47,685 nt of DNA from a virus (lineage: Duplodnaviria; Heunggongvirae; Uroviricota; Caudoviricetes), in the IMG/VR virus record IMGVR_UViG_2513237200_000007, one strand, 5' to 3'. Position 1 is the first letter of the stretch. The number at the start of each line of letters is the position of its first letter. Position numbers and translations under genes: made by a program. Shown here one piece after another: positions 17,827 through 31,922 of this stretch. The notes under the pieces are model-generated. The model saw nothing but the letters and a program-made list of their open reading frames with translations. It had not been told where the DNA came from and made no database searches.

Positions 17827-18107
17827 AATTCATCGCTCGTCTGTATACGATAACGAAGAAGGCTGATGCCTGAGTAGAGATACGGACAGAGTAGTGAATA
17901 TTGGATCTCTTTAATAAAAAGTAAGGAGGTCCAATACATGAAACAATGGCTAGCATATTTGGCAAAATCTTAATCAGGAAAAGTATGCTAACCATTGTGG
18001 TGAAGTGCAGGTTTGCTGCATGAATAGTTTTACAGCAGAAGCTAACTGCTGGCATGGCAAAACAAAGTGCGTAAGTGGATGACTCCCACAAAAAGCACCA
18101 CAATCTC

Positions 18108-18131
18108 AAACCCGCTCAGGCGGGTTTTTTA
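18108..18131 (+). terminator. rho-independent terminator after cspB
   Basis: Hairpin AAACCCGC-TCAG-GCGGGTTT followed by T-run. Confidence 0.6.
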
Positions 18132-18219
18132 TTATCTGCTTTAAATATATTATTAAAATATAAAAAATACTTGTTACTAATAAAATCAATCAGGCTACAG
18201 CTTTAAGATTTGTCTGGAA

Positions 18220-18228
18220 TACTTTGTT
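18220..18228. repeat. 9-bp target-site duplication (left copy) of IS10
   Basis: TACTTTGTT immediately flanks both IS10 ends (18220-18228 and 19558-19566). Confidence 0.8.
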
Positions 18229-19557
18229 CTGAGAGATCCCCTCATAATTTCCCCAAAGCGTAACCATGTGTGAATAAATTTTGAGCTAGTAGGGTTGCAG
18301 CCACGAGTAAGTCTTCCCTTGTTATTGTGTAGCCAGAATGCCGCAAAACTTCCATGCCTAAGCGAACTGTTGAGAGTACGTTTCGATTTCTGACTGTGTT
18401 AGCCTGGAAGTGCTTGTCCCAACCTTGTTTCTGAGCATGAACGCCCGCAAGCCAACATGTTAGTTGAAGCATCAGGGCGATTAGCAGCATGATATCAAAA
18501 CGCTCTGAGCTGCTCGTTCGGCTATGGCGTAGGCCTAGTCCGTAGGCAGGACTTTTCAAGTCTCGGAAGGTTTCTTCAATCTGCATTCGCTTCGAATAGA
18601 TATTAACAAGTTGTTTGGGTGTTCGAATTTCAACAGGTAAGTTAGTTGCTAGAACCCATGGCTCCTTTGCCGACGCTGAGTAGATTTTAGGTGACGGGTG
18701 GTGACAATGAGTCCGTGTCGAGCGCTGATTTTTTCGGCCTTTAGAGCGAGATTTATACAATAGAATTTGGCATGAGATTGGATTGCTTTTAGTCAGCCTC
18801 TTATAGCCTAAAGTCTTTGAGTGACTAGATGACATATCATGTAAGTTGCTGATAGGTTTCCAGTTTTCCGCTCCTAGGTCTGCATATTGTACTTTTCCTC
18901 TTACTCGACTTAACCAGTACCAACCCAGCTTCTCAACGGATTTATACCATGGCACTTTAAAGCCAGCATCACTGACAATGAGCGGTGTGGTGTTACTCGG
19001 TAGAATGCTCGCAAGGTCGGCTAGAAATTGGTCATGAGCTTTCTTTGAACATTGCTCTGAAAGCGGGAACGCTTTCTCATAAAGAGTAACAGAACGACCG
19101 TGTAGTGCGACTGAAGCTCGCAATACCATAAGTCGTTTTTGCTCACGAATATCAGACCAGTCAACAAGTACAATGGGCATCGTATTGCCCGAACAGATAA
19201 AGCTAGCATGCCAACGGTATACAGCGAGTCGCTCTTTGTGGAGGTGACGATTACCTAACAATCGGTCGATTCGTTTGATGTTATGTTTTGTTCTCGCTTT
19301 GGTTGGCAGGTTACGGCCAAGTTCGGTAAGAGTGAGAGTTTTACAGTCAAGTAATGCGTGGCAAGCCAACGTTAAGCTGTTGAGTCGTTTTAAGTGTAAT
19401 TCGGGGCAGAATTGGTAAAGAGAGTCGTGTAAAATATCGAGTTCGCACATCTTGTTGTCTGATTATTGATTTTTCGCGAAACCATTTGATCATATGACAA
19501 GATGTGTATCCACCTTAACTTAATGATTTTTACCAAAATCATTAGGGGATTCATCAG
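18229..19557 (-). mobile_element. complete IS10 (1329 bp)
   Basis: Inside end CTGAGAGATCCCCTCATAATTTCCCC at 18229; outside end ...GGGGATTCATCAG ending at 19557; single 402-aa transposase; flanked by 9-bp direct repeat. Confidence 0.95.
18242..19450 (-). CDS. IS10 transposase
   Basis: 402 aa, MCELDILHDSLYQFCPELHLKRLNSLTLACHALLDCKTLTLTELGRNL..., recognised as the IS10/Tn10 transposase. Confidence 0.95.
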   Translation of the reverse strand: MCELDILHDSLYQFCPELHLKRLNSLTLACHALLDCKTLTLTELGRNLPTKARTKHNIKRIDRLLGNRHLHKERLAVYRWHASFICSGNTMPIVLVDWSDIREQKRLMVLRASVALHGRSVTLYEKAFPLSEQCSKKAHDQFLADLASILPSNTTPLIVSDAGFKVPWYKSVEKLGWYWLSRVRGKVQYADLGAENWKPISNLHDMSSSHSKTLGYKRLTKSNPISCQILLYKSRSKGRKNQRSTRTHCHHPSPKIYSASAKEPWVLATNLPVEIRTPKQLVNIYSKRMQIEETFRDLKSPAYGLGLRHSRTSSSERFDIMLLIALMLQLTCWLAGVHAQKQGWDKHFQANTVRNRNVLSTVRLGMEVLRHSGYTITREDLLVAATLLAQNLFTHGYALGKL

Positions 19558-19566
19558 TACTTTGTT
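19558..19566. repeat. 9-bp target-site duplication (right copy) of IS10
   Basis: TACTTTGTT, identical to 18220-18228. Confidence 0.8.
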
Positions 19567-19698
19567 GCAATGAGGGCAGATCAAAAGGGCACCTTTTTGT
19601 ACTCTTGAAAAACTGTGTTCTGACTCTTGGGTGCAGTTTGGGCAGGAACATTTAACGAGATAATTACGGCGTGATTTTGAGTTTTTACGTTCTGACAT
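19558..19698 (-). pseudogene. small zinc-ribbon ORF interrupted by IS10 (originally about 56 aa)
   Basis: From ATG 19696-19698: MSERKNSKSRRNYLVKCSCPNCTQESEHSFSRVQKGALLICPHCNKV, then reads into IS10. Joining across the element using the duplicated 9 bp restores ...CNKVFQTNLKAVA-stop (stop at 18190-18192). Confidence 0.5.
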
Positions 19699-19917
19699 AG
19701 GCTTTTCCTGTATAAATGGCCGTATACAGTACACTAAATATGAAAACATTTCTCGTATTATTATTTTATATATGACTTTCTTTCAAAATAATTACCCACA
19801 TTTTTAATGTGTATGTTTTTTTAGCGCCGTTGAGAACAACGTGTGCTGTCAAAACTACCCCGTAGACTCCGATCTTTTCAAACATATTGCACCATCCGTG
19901 TACATCGGGGTGAGGAT

Positions 19918-20133
19918 ATGAAATCAATGGATAAGTTAACAACAGGTGTTGCCTATGGCACATCGGCGGGTAATGCTGGTTTCTGGGCATTGCAGTTACT
20001 CGATAAAGTAACTCCGTCACAGTGGGCTGCAATCGGTGTGCTGGGTAGCCTGGTTTTTGGCCTGCTGACGTATCTGACAAATCTTTATTTCAAGATTAAA
20101 GAAGACAGGCGTAAGGCTGCGAGAGGAGAGTAA
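19918..20133 (+). CDS. essQ: holin (phage 21 S-like class II holin)
   Basis: 71 aa from [71 protein letters not shown]; two TM segments and charged C-terminus. Confidence 0.85.
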   Translation: MKSMDKLTTGVAYGTSAGNAGFWALQLLDKVTPSQWAAIGVLGSLVFGLLTYLTNLYFKIKEDRRKAARGE

Positions 20134-20137
20134 TCCA

Positions 20138-20445
20138 ATGACTCAAGACTATGAACTGGTTGTGAAAGGAGTCCGTAATTTTGAGAATAAAGTTACGGTA
20201 ACTGTAGCCTTACAGGACAAAGAACGCTTTGACGGTGAAATTTTTGACCTGGATGTCGCCATGGACCGTGTTGAAGGAGCTGCGCTGGAGTTTTATGAGG
20301 CAGCAGCCAGAAGGAGCGTCCGGCAAGTCTTCCTGGAAGTAGCAGAAAAATTGTCAGAAAAAGTTGAGTCTTATCTGCAGCATCAGTACTCCTTTAAGAT
20401 TGAAAATCCTGCCAATAAGCACGAGCGTCCTCATCATAAATATCT

Positions 20446-20449
<4 letters not shown>
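20138..20449 (+). CDS. ydfR: YdfR-like protein (DUF1327) between holin and endolysin
   Basis: 103-aa ORF, tightly packed in the lysis cassette; stop overlaps the endolysin start. Confidence 0.7.
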
Positions 20450-21473
<1,024 letters not shown>

Positions 21474-21835
21474 GGTAATATTAAATCGGAACATTTACAT
21501 CGCGGAATGTAAAATTTAAATAAAAAGGACTCTTCCATGAGCCAAAATTCCTGAAATCTTAAGGGTAAGATAAAAGGTCTTAATCAGAATGACACGTTTT
21601 ATTAATAAATAAAGCTATTCTTTCATTGCTGTGTTTTTCTTTACAAAAGTAATCCTTGCTATGGGTGGTTAATCATGCGTTAATGGTGTTCTGGTTTGTT
21701 ACAAATTTATCTGAAGCAGTCATTGTTATAATTTTATTATTTGTACCTCTTGAGATTTCCTTGTTGGTTTTTCTCTCTGATATTTTTTTTCGGACCATTC
21801 TGCCCAAGGGCTAATTTCTTCAAAAGGTAATAATT

Positions 21836-22048
21836 ATGTCTAACAAAATGACTGGTTTAGTGAAATGGTTTAACCCTGAAAAAGGTTTTGGTTTCATCAC
21901 GCCGAAAGATGGCAGCAAAGATGTGTTTGTCCATTTCTCAGCAATTCAGAGCAACGATTTCAAAACATTAACTGAGAATCAGGAAGTTGAATTTGGTATT
22001 GAGAACGGACCTAAAGGTCCTGCCGCTGTTCATGTAGTGGCGCTTTGA
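21836..22048 (+). CDS. cspI: cold-shock protein CspI-like
   Basis: 70 aa, [45 protein letters not shown]... Confidence 0.9.
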   Translation: MSNKMTGLVKWFNPEKGFGFITPKDGSKDVFVHFSAIQSNDFKTLTENQEVEFGIENGPKGPAAVHVVAL

Positions 22049-22136
22049 GGTAGACAATATTACAAACCATATTCACTTTAGATGCCCGTGTTGTCATGGT
22101 TCCCAGTATAGAACATCATCTTTTGATGTTTCTGAC

Positions 22137-22247
22137 ATGAATCCTTTCGGGGCAAAATGTATCTTTTGTAAATCAATGATGATTACATTTGATAATATTT
22201 CACAATACTTAAATGCCAGCCGTCTGTCGTTGGATTTAAAAAAGTGA
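22137..22247 (+). CDS. small Cys-rich ORF (YnfN-like position)
   Basis: 36 aa MNPFGAKCIFCKSMMITFDNISQYLNASRLSLDLKK; the same frame is open upstream (…CPCCHGSQYRTSSFDVSD) without an ATG, suggesting a CxxC…CxxC protein with non-canonical start or a lost start. Confidence 0.3.
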   Translation: MNPFGAKCIFCKSMMITFDNISQYLNASRLSLDLKK

Positions 22248-22319
22248 AAATGAAGGCTCCTTCGGGAGCTTTTTTGCTTGGTGTCTATTCGATGGATACT
22301 CACATACTACGGTAACATC

Positions 22320-22550
22320 ATGAAAAAAATCATAGTTTTTTTTAACTCTGAACCAGCAGTGGTAGTGCCAGCGATGACTGGAGTTAACACCATCATGCGT
22401 GAATATCCAAATGGCGAAAAAACACACCTTACTGTAATGGCCGCAGGGTTTCCATCTCTGACCGGAGATCATAAAGTCATTTATGTAGCCGCGGATCGAC
22501 ATGTTACTTCAGAAGAAATTCTGGAAGCAGCAATAAGGCTCTTGAGTTGA
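22320..22550 (+). CDS. hypothetical protein (76 aa)
   Basis: MKKIIVFFNSEPAVVVPAMTGVNTIMREYPNGEKTHLTVMAAGFPSLTGDHKVIYVAADRHVTSEEILEAAIRLLS; protein-like composition; weak SD. Confidence 0.35.
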   Translation: MKKIIVFFNSEPAVVVPAMTGVNTIMREYPNGEKTHLTVMAAGFPSLTGDHKVIYVAADRHVTSEEILEAAIRLLS

Positions 22551-22718
22551 TTTGATGCTATTGCATTGATAATTCAGGAAAATTCTCTTTGTCTGTTTGT
22601 GTAAAATTTAGACTATCGTATGTTGATTATTGCGATGTTTCATCTTATCTTTTACACGTTTGCACCATATAATCGACTTACTGTGTAACTGGAAAGTCAT
22701 AACAGACTAAAAGAGGAA

Positions 22719-22895
22719 ATGATGAATATTGAAAACTTAAAAACAAAAGCAGAAGCAGATATTTCTGAATATATAACAAAAAAAATTATTGAACTTAAGA
22801 AAAAGACCGGGAAAGAAGTTACCAGTATTCAGTTTACCGCACGGGAAAAAATGACGGGTCTTGAAAGCTATGATGTCAAGATTAATTTAATCTGA
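22719..22895 (+). CDS. gnsB: GnsB/GnsA-family small protein (58 aa; below ORF-track cutoff)
   Basis: Hand translation: MMNIENLKTKAEADISEYITKKIIELKKKTGKEVTSIQFTAREKMTGLESYDVKINLI; SD AAGAGGA 3-9 nt upstream; resembles GnsA/GnsB. Confidence 0.7.
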   Translation: MMNIENLKTKAEADISEYITKKIIELKKKTGKEVTSIQFTAREKMTGLESYDVKINLI

Positions 22896-23046
22896 TGTAT
22901 TCAATAATAAAATTTATCCATAAACCTCGTTTTTACGGGGTTTTGTTATATTTGAATGGTTCCGAATATCTAAATCACAATTGTTGATGGTTTTTATTAA
23001 ACCAATGCAGTCCGGCTCAGGAGTGAGAGAAGCCGGACGTTATGGT

Positions 23047-23457
23047 TTAGCGTGGTAAGATCTGTGTAGTTTTCTGGATGCTTTCAGTAAATAGTAATGA
23101 ATTATCAAAGGTATAGTAATATCTTTTTTGTTCGTGGATATTTGTAACCCACCGAAAAACTCCTGCTTTAGCAAGGTTTCTTCTGTATTCCTGAAATGTG
23201 ATCTCTCTGGATTTCAGCTTATTAGAGGTCGTTTCTATAAGATGCCTATCCTTTGAAAATTTGACAGACACAATGTTTTTTAGGCCCTTTAATAACACTG
23301 TATTATCATTTTTTAATACAATATGAACATTCTCTGTGGCTAAATAGTAAATGTAATGTGAGACATTGTGACGTTTTAGCTCAGAATAAAACCATTGATA
23401 GTTTAAATCGTTTCGAACTTTATCAAATATTTGTTTAAAAATGACTACCTGATCCAT
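23047..23457 (-). CDS. ydfO: YdfO-like protein (DUF1398)
   Basis: 136 aa from [31 protein letters not shown]... Confidence 0.75.
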
Positions 23458-23514
23458 AGATAAACCTTCCATGTGATATGAGGGGGCGTAGTCTGCACGA
23501 TTATCTAAATTGCT

Positions 23515-23748
23515 TCAATCTGGTCTGACCTGTTTTCTGAGCAATTCAGTGATGTCACTCTTTTCTTTGTTTGCTTCAGAAGAAACTCTTTTTTCTGAGC
23601 ACAGTCTCCGGCGGCAGGCTTCAATGACCCAGGCTGAGAAATTCCCGGACCCTTTTTGCTCAAGAGCGATGTTAATTTGTTCAATCATTTGGTTAGGAAA
23701 GCGGATGTTGCGGGTTGTTGTTCTGCGGGTTCTGTTCTTCGTTGACAT
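23515..23748 (-). CDS. ynfO: YnfO-like small protein, probable ribbon-helix-helix DNA-binding
   Basis: 77 aa, N-terminal basic region then RFPNQMIEQINIALEQKGSGNFSAWVIEACRRRL suggestive of an RHH fold. Confidence 0.6.
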   Translation of the reverse strand: MSTKNRTRRTTTRNIRFPNQMIEQINIALEQKGSGNFSAWVIEACRRRLCSEKRVSSEANKEKSDITELLRKQVRPD

Positions 23749-23947
23749 GAGGTTGCCCCGTATTCAGTGTCGCTGATTTGTATTGTCTGAAGTTGTTTTT
23801 ACGTTAAGTTGATGCAGATCAATTAATACGATACCTGCGTCATAATTGATTATTTGACGTGGTTTGATGGCCTCCACGCACGTTGTGATATGTAGATGAT
23901 AATCATTATCACTTTACGGGTCCTTTCCGGTGATCCGACAGGTTACG

Positions 23948-23959
23948 GGGCGGCGACCT
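23948..23959 (+). other. cos: cos cohesive-end site (cosN 12-nt overhang GGGCGGCGACCT); cosB lies to the right
   Basis: Sequence ...CCGACAGGTTACG|GGGCGGCGACCT|CGCGGGTTTTCGCTATTTATGAAAATTTTCCGGTTTAAGGC matches the lambda cos junction, directly upstream of nu1. Confidence 0.85.
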
Positions 23960-24136
23960 CGCGGGTTTTCGCTATTTATGAAAATTTTCCGGTTTAAGGC
24001 ATTTCCGTTCTTCTTCGTCGTAACTTAATGTTTTTATTTAAAATACCCCCTGAAAAGAAAGGAAACGACAGGTGCTGAAAACGAGCTTTTGGGCCTCTGT
24101 CGTTTCCTTTCTCTGTTTTTGGCCGTGGAATGAACA

Positions 24137-24656
24137 ATGGAAGTCAACAAAAAGCAGCTGGCTGACATTTTCGGTGCGAGTATCCGTACCATTCAGAACT
24201 GGCAGGAACAGGGAATGCCCGTTCTGCGAGGCGGTGGCAAGGGTAATGAGGTGCTTTATGACTCTGCCGCCGTTATAAGATGGTATGCCGAAAGGGATGC
24301 TGAAATTGAGAACGAAAAGCTGCGCCGGGAAGTTGAAGAACTGCGGCAGGCCAGCGAGACAGATCTCCAGCCAGGGACTATTGAGTACGAACGCCATCGA
24401 CTTACGCGTGCGCAGGCCGACGCACAGGAGCTGAAAAATGCCAGAGACTCCGCTGAAGTGGTGGAAACCGCATTCTGTACTTTCGTGCTGTCGCGGATCG
24501 CAGGTGAAATTGCCAGTATTCTCGACGGGATCCCCCTGTCGGTGCAGCGGCGTTTTCCGGAACTGGAAAACCGACATGTTGATTTCCTGAAACGGGATAT
24601 CATCAAAGCCATGAACAAAGCAGCCGCGCTGGATGAACTGATACCGGGGTTGCTGA

Positions 24657-24682
<26 letters not shown>
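24137..24682 (+). CDS. nu1: terminase small subunit Nu1
   Basis: 181 aa, MEVNKKQLADIFGASIRTIQNWQEQGMPVLRGGGKGNEVLYDSAAV..., near-identical to lambda Nu1 as recalled. Confidence 0.95.
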
Positions 24683-28363
<3,681 letters not shown>

Positions 28364-28383
<20 letters not shown>

Positions 28384-29683
28384 TCTCCCGCATATTGCCA
28401 GCATGGCTTTTAATGAGCCGCTGATGCTTGAACCCGCCTATGCGCGGGTTTTCTTTTGTGCGCTTGCAGGCCAGCTTGGGATCAGCCGCCTGACGGATGC
28501 GGTGTCCGGCGACAGCCTGACTGCCCAGGAGGCACTCGCGACGCTGGCATTATCCGGTGATGATGACGGACCACGACAGGCCCGCAGTTATCAGGTCATG
28601 AACGGCATCGCCGTGCTGCCGGTGTCCGGCACGCTGGTCAGCCGGACGCGGGCGCTGCAGCCGTACTCGGGGATGACCGGTTACAACGGCATTATCGCCC
28701 GTCTGCAACAGGCTGCCAGCGATCCGATGGTGGACGGCATTCTGCTCGATATGGACACGCCCGGCGGGATGGTGGCGGGGGCATTTGACTGCGCTGACAT
28801 CATCGCCCGTGTGCGTGACATAAAACCGGTATGGGCGCTGGCCAACGACATGAACTGCAGTGCAGGTCAGCTGCTTGCCAGTGCCGCCTCCCGGCGTCTG
28901 GTCACGCAGACCGCCCGGACAGGCTCCATCGGCGTCATGATGGCTCACAGTAATTACGGTGCTGCGCTGGAGAAACAGGGTGTGGAAATCACGCTGATTT
29001 ACAGCGGCAGCCATAAGGTGGATGGCAACCCCTACAGCCATCTTCCGGATGACGTCCGGGAGACACTGCAGTCCCGGATGGACGCAACCCGCCAGATGTT
29101 TGCGCAGAAGGTGTCGGCATATACCGGCCTGTCCGTGCAGGCTGTGCTGGATACCGAGGCTGCAGTGTACAGCGGTCAGGAGGCCATTGATGCCGGACTG
29201 GCTGATGAACTTGTTAACAGCACCGATGCGATCACCGTCATGCGTGATGCACTGGATGCACGTAAATCCCGTCTCTCAGGAGGGCGAATGACCAAAGAGA
29301 CTCAATCAACAACTGTTTCAGCCACTGCTTCGCAGGCTGACGTTACTGACGTGGTGCCAGCGACGGAGGGCGAAAACGCCAGCGCGGCGCAGCCGGACGT
29401 GAACGCGCAGATCACCGCAGCGGTTGCGGCAGAAAACAGCCGCATTATGGGGATCCTCAACTGTGAGGAGGCTCACGGACGCGAAGAACAGGCACGCGTG
29501 CTGGCAGAAACCCCCGGTATGACCGTGGAAACGGCCCGCCGCATTCTGGCCGCAGCACCACAGAGTGCACAGGCGCGCAGTGACACTGCGCTGGATCGTC
29601 TGATGCAGGGGGCACCGGCACCGCTGGCTGCAGGTAACCCGGCATCTGATGCCGTTAACGATTTGCTGAACACACCAGTGTAA
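28364..29683 (+). CDS. C: head maturation protease/scaffold C (GTG start)
   Basis: 439 aa from GTG 28364 (VTAELRNLPHIASMAF...), SD GAGGAGGAG upstream; overlaps B 3' end; track ORF starts earlier at a non-physiological upstream codon. Confidence 0.9.
29078..29683 (+). CDS. nu3: scaffold protein Nu3 (in-frame internal start within C)
   Basis: ATG at 29078 in the C frame (MDATRQMFAQKVSAYTG...), as for lambda Nu3 sharing the C stop. Confidence 0.7.
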   Translation: MDATRQMFAQKVSAYTGLSVQAVLDTEAAVYSGQEAIDAGLADELVNSTDAITVMRDALDARKSRLSGGRMTKETQSTTVSATASQADVTDVVPATEGENASAAQPDVNAQITAAVAAENSRIMGILNCEEAHGREEQARVLAETPGMTVETARRILAAAPQSAQARSDTALDRLMQGAPAPLAAGNPASDAVNDLLNTPV

Positions 29684-29692
29684 GGGATGTTT

Positions 29693-30025
29693 ATGACGAG
29701 CAAAGAAACCTTTACCCATTACCAGCCGCTGGGCAACAGTGACCCGGCTCATACCGCAACCGCGCCCGGCGGATTGAGTGCGAAAGCGCCTGCAATGACC
29801 CCGCTGATGCTGGACACCTCCAGCCGTAAGCTGGTTGCGTGGGATGGCACCACCGACGGTGCTGCCGTTGGCATTCTTGCGGTTGCTGCTGACCAGACCA
29901 GCACCACGCTGACGTTCTACAAGTCCGGCACGTTCCGTTATGAGGATGTGCTCTGGCCGGAGGCTGCCAGCGACGAGACGAAAAAACGGACCGCGTTTGC
30001 CGGAACGGCAATCAGCATCGTTTAA
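29693..30025 (+). CDS. D: head decoration protein D
   Basis: 110 aa from [41 protein letters not shown]... Confidence 0.95.
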   Translation: MTSKETFTHYQPLGNSDPAHTATAPGGLSAKAPAMTPLMLDTSSRKLVAWDGTTDGAAVGILAVAADQTSTTLTFYKSGTFRYEDVLWPEAASDETKKRTAFAGTAISIV

Positions 30026-30046
30026 CTTTACCCTTCATCACTAAAG

Positions 30047-30067
30047 GCCGCCTGTGCGGCTTTTTTT
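30047..30067 (+). terminator. hairpin plus T-run between D and E (attenuator-like)
   Basis: GCCGC-CTGT-GCGGC followed by TTTTTTT, just upstream of the E start. Confidence 0.4.
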
Positions 30068-30080
30068 ACGGGATTTTTTT

Positions 30081-31106
30081 ATGTCGATGTACACAACCGC
30101 CCAACTGCTGGCGGCAAATGAGCAGAAATTTAAGTTTGATCCGCTGTTTCTGCGTCTCTTTTTCCGTGAGAGCTATCCCTTCACCACGGAGAAAGTCTAT
30201 CTCTCACAAATTCCGGGACTGGTAAACATGGCGCTGTACGTTTCGCCGATTGTTTCCGGTGAGGTTATCCGTTCCCGTGGCGGCTCCACCTCTGAATTTA
30301 CGCCGGGATATGTCAAGCCGAAGCATGAAGTGAATCCGCAGATGACCCTGCGTCGCCTGCCGGATGAAGATCCGCAGAATCTGGCGGACCCGGCTTACCG
30401 CCGCCGTCGCATCATCATGCAGAACATGCGTGACGAAGAGCTGGCCATTGCTCAGGTCGAAGAGATGCAGGCAGTTTCTGCCGTGCTTAAGGGCAAATAC
30501 ACCATGACCGGTGAAGCCTTCGATCCGGTTGAGGTGGATATGGGCCGCAGTGAGGAGAATAACATCACGCAGTCCGGCGGCACGGAGTGGAGCAAGCGTG
30601 ACAAGTCCACGTATGACCCGACCGACGATATCGAAGCCTACGCGCTGAACGCCAGCGGTGTGGTGAATATCATCGTGTTCGATCCGAAAGGCTGGGCGCT
30701 GTTCCGTTCCTTCAAAGCCGTCAAGGAGAAGCTGGATACCCGTCGTGGCTCTAATTCCGAGCTGGAGACAGCGGTGAAAGACCTGGGCAAAGCGGTGTCC
30801 TATAAGGGGATGTATGGCGATGTGGCCATCGTCGTGTATTCCGGACAGTACGTGGAAAACGGCGTCAAAAAGAACTTCCTGCCGGACAACACGATGGTGC
30901 TGGGGAACACTCAGGCACGCGGTCTGCGCACCTATGGCTGCATTCAGGATGCGGACGCACAGCGCGAAGGCATTAACGCCTCTGCCCGTTACCCGAAAAA
31001 CTGGGTGACCACCGGCGATCCGGCGCGTGAGTTCACCATGATTCAGTCAGCACCGCTGATGCTGCTGGCTGACCCTGATGAGTTCGTGTCCGTACAACTG
31101 GCGTAA
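30081..31106 (+). CDS. E: major capsid protein E
   Basis: 341 aa from MSMYTTAQLLAANEQKFKFDPLFLRLFFRESYPF... Confidence 0.95.
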   Translation: MSMYTTAQLLAANEQKFKFDPLFLRLFFRESYPFTTEKVYLSQIPGLVNMALYVSPIVSGEVIRSRGGSTSEFTPGYVKPKHEVNPQMTLRRLPDEDPQNLADPAYRRRRIIMQNMRDEELAIAQVEEMQAVSAVLKGKYTMTGEAFDPVEVDMGRSEENNITQSGGTEWSKRDKSTYDPTDDIEAYALNASGVVNIIVFDPKGWALFRSFKAVKEKLDTRRGSNSELETAVKDLGKAVSYKGMYGDVAIVVYSGQYVENGVKKNFLPDNTMVLGNTQARGLRTYGCIQDADAQREGINASARYPKNWVTTGDPAREFTMIQSAPLMLLADPDEFVSVQLA

Positions 31107-31147
31107 TCATGGCCCTTCGGGGCCATTGTTTCTCTGTGGAGGAGTCC

Positions 31148-31546
31148 ATGACGAAAGATGAACTGATTGCCCGTCTCCGCTCGCTGGGTGAACAACTGAA
31201 CCGTAATGTCAGCCTGACGGGGACGAAAGAAGAACTGGCGCTCCGTGTGGCAGAGCTGGAAGAGGAGCTTGATGACACGGATGAAACTGCCGGTCAGGAC
31301 ACCCCTCTCAGCCGGGAAAATGTGCTGACCGGACATGAAAATGAGGTGGGATCAGCGCAGCCGGATACCGTGATTCTGGATACGTCTGAACTGGTCACGG
31401 TCGTGGCACTGGTGAAGCTGCATACTGATGCACTTCACGCCACGCGGGATGAACCTGTGGCATTTGTGCTGCCGGGAACGGCGTTTCGTGTCTCTGCCGG
31501 TGTGGCAGCCGAAATGACAGAGCGCGGCCTGGCCAGAATGCAATAA
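31148..31546 (+). CDS. FI: DNA packaging protein FI
   Basis: 132 aa from MTKDELIARLRSLGEQLNRNVSLTGTKEELALRVAELEEEL... Confidence 0.9.
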   Translation: MTKDELIARLRSLGEQLNRNVSLTGTKEELALRVAELEEELDDTDETAGQDTPLSRENVLTGHENEVGSAQPDTVILDTSELVTVVALVKLHTDALHATRDEPVAFVLPGTAFRVSAGVAAEMTERGLARMQ

Positions 31547-31557
31547 CGGGAGGCGCT

Positions 31558-31911
31558 GTGGCTGATTTCGATAACCTGTTCGATGCTGCCATTGCCCGCG
31601 CCGATGAAACGATACGCGGGTACATGGGAACGTCAGCCACCATGACATCCGGTGAGCAGTCAGGTGCGGTGATACGTGGTGTTTTTGATGACCCTGAAAA
31701 TATCAGCTATGCCGGACAGGGCGTGCGCGTTGAAGGCTCCAGCCCGTCCCTGTTTGTCCGGACTGATGAGGTGCGGCAGCTGCGGCGTGGAGACACGCTG
31801 ACCATCGGTGAGGAAAATTTCTGGGTAGATCGGGTTTCGCCGGATGATGGCGGAAGTTGTCATCTCTGGCTTGGACGGGGCGTACCGCCTGCCGTTAACC
31901 GTCGCCGCTGA
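31558..31911 (+). CDS. FII: head completion protein FII (GTG start)
   Basis: 117 aa, (M)ADFDNLFDAAIARADETIRGYMGTSATMTSGEQSG... Confidence 0.9.
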   Translation: MADFDNLFDAAIARADETIRGYMGTSATMTSGEQSGAVIRGVFDDPENISYAGQGVRVEGSSPSLFVRTDEVRQLRRGDTLTIGEENFWVDRVSPDDGGSCHLWLGRGVPPAVNRRR

Positions 31912-31922
31912 AAGGGGGATGT

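Noticed and set aside
19390-19749. 119-aa minus-strand ORF spanning the IS10 outside end
   Set aside because: It is a fusion artefact: the first part is the genuine small zinc-ribbon ORF, the remainder is read-through into IS10 sequence after the insertion; annotated instead as an interrupted gene.
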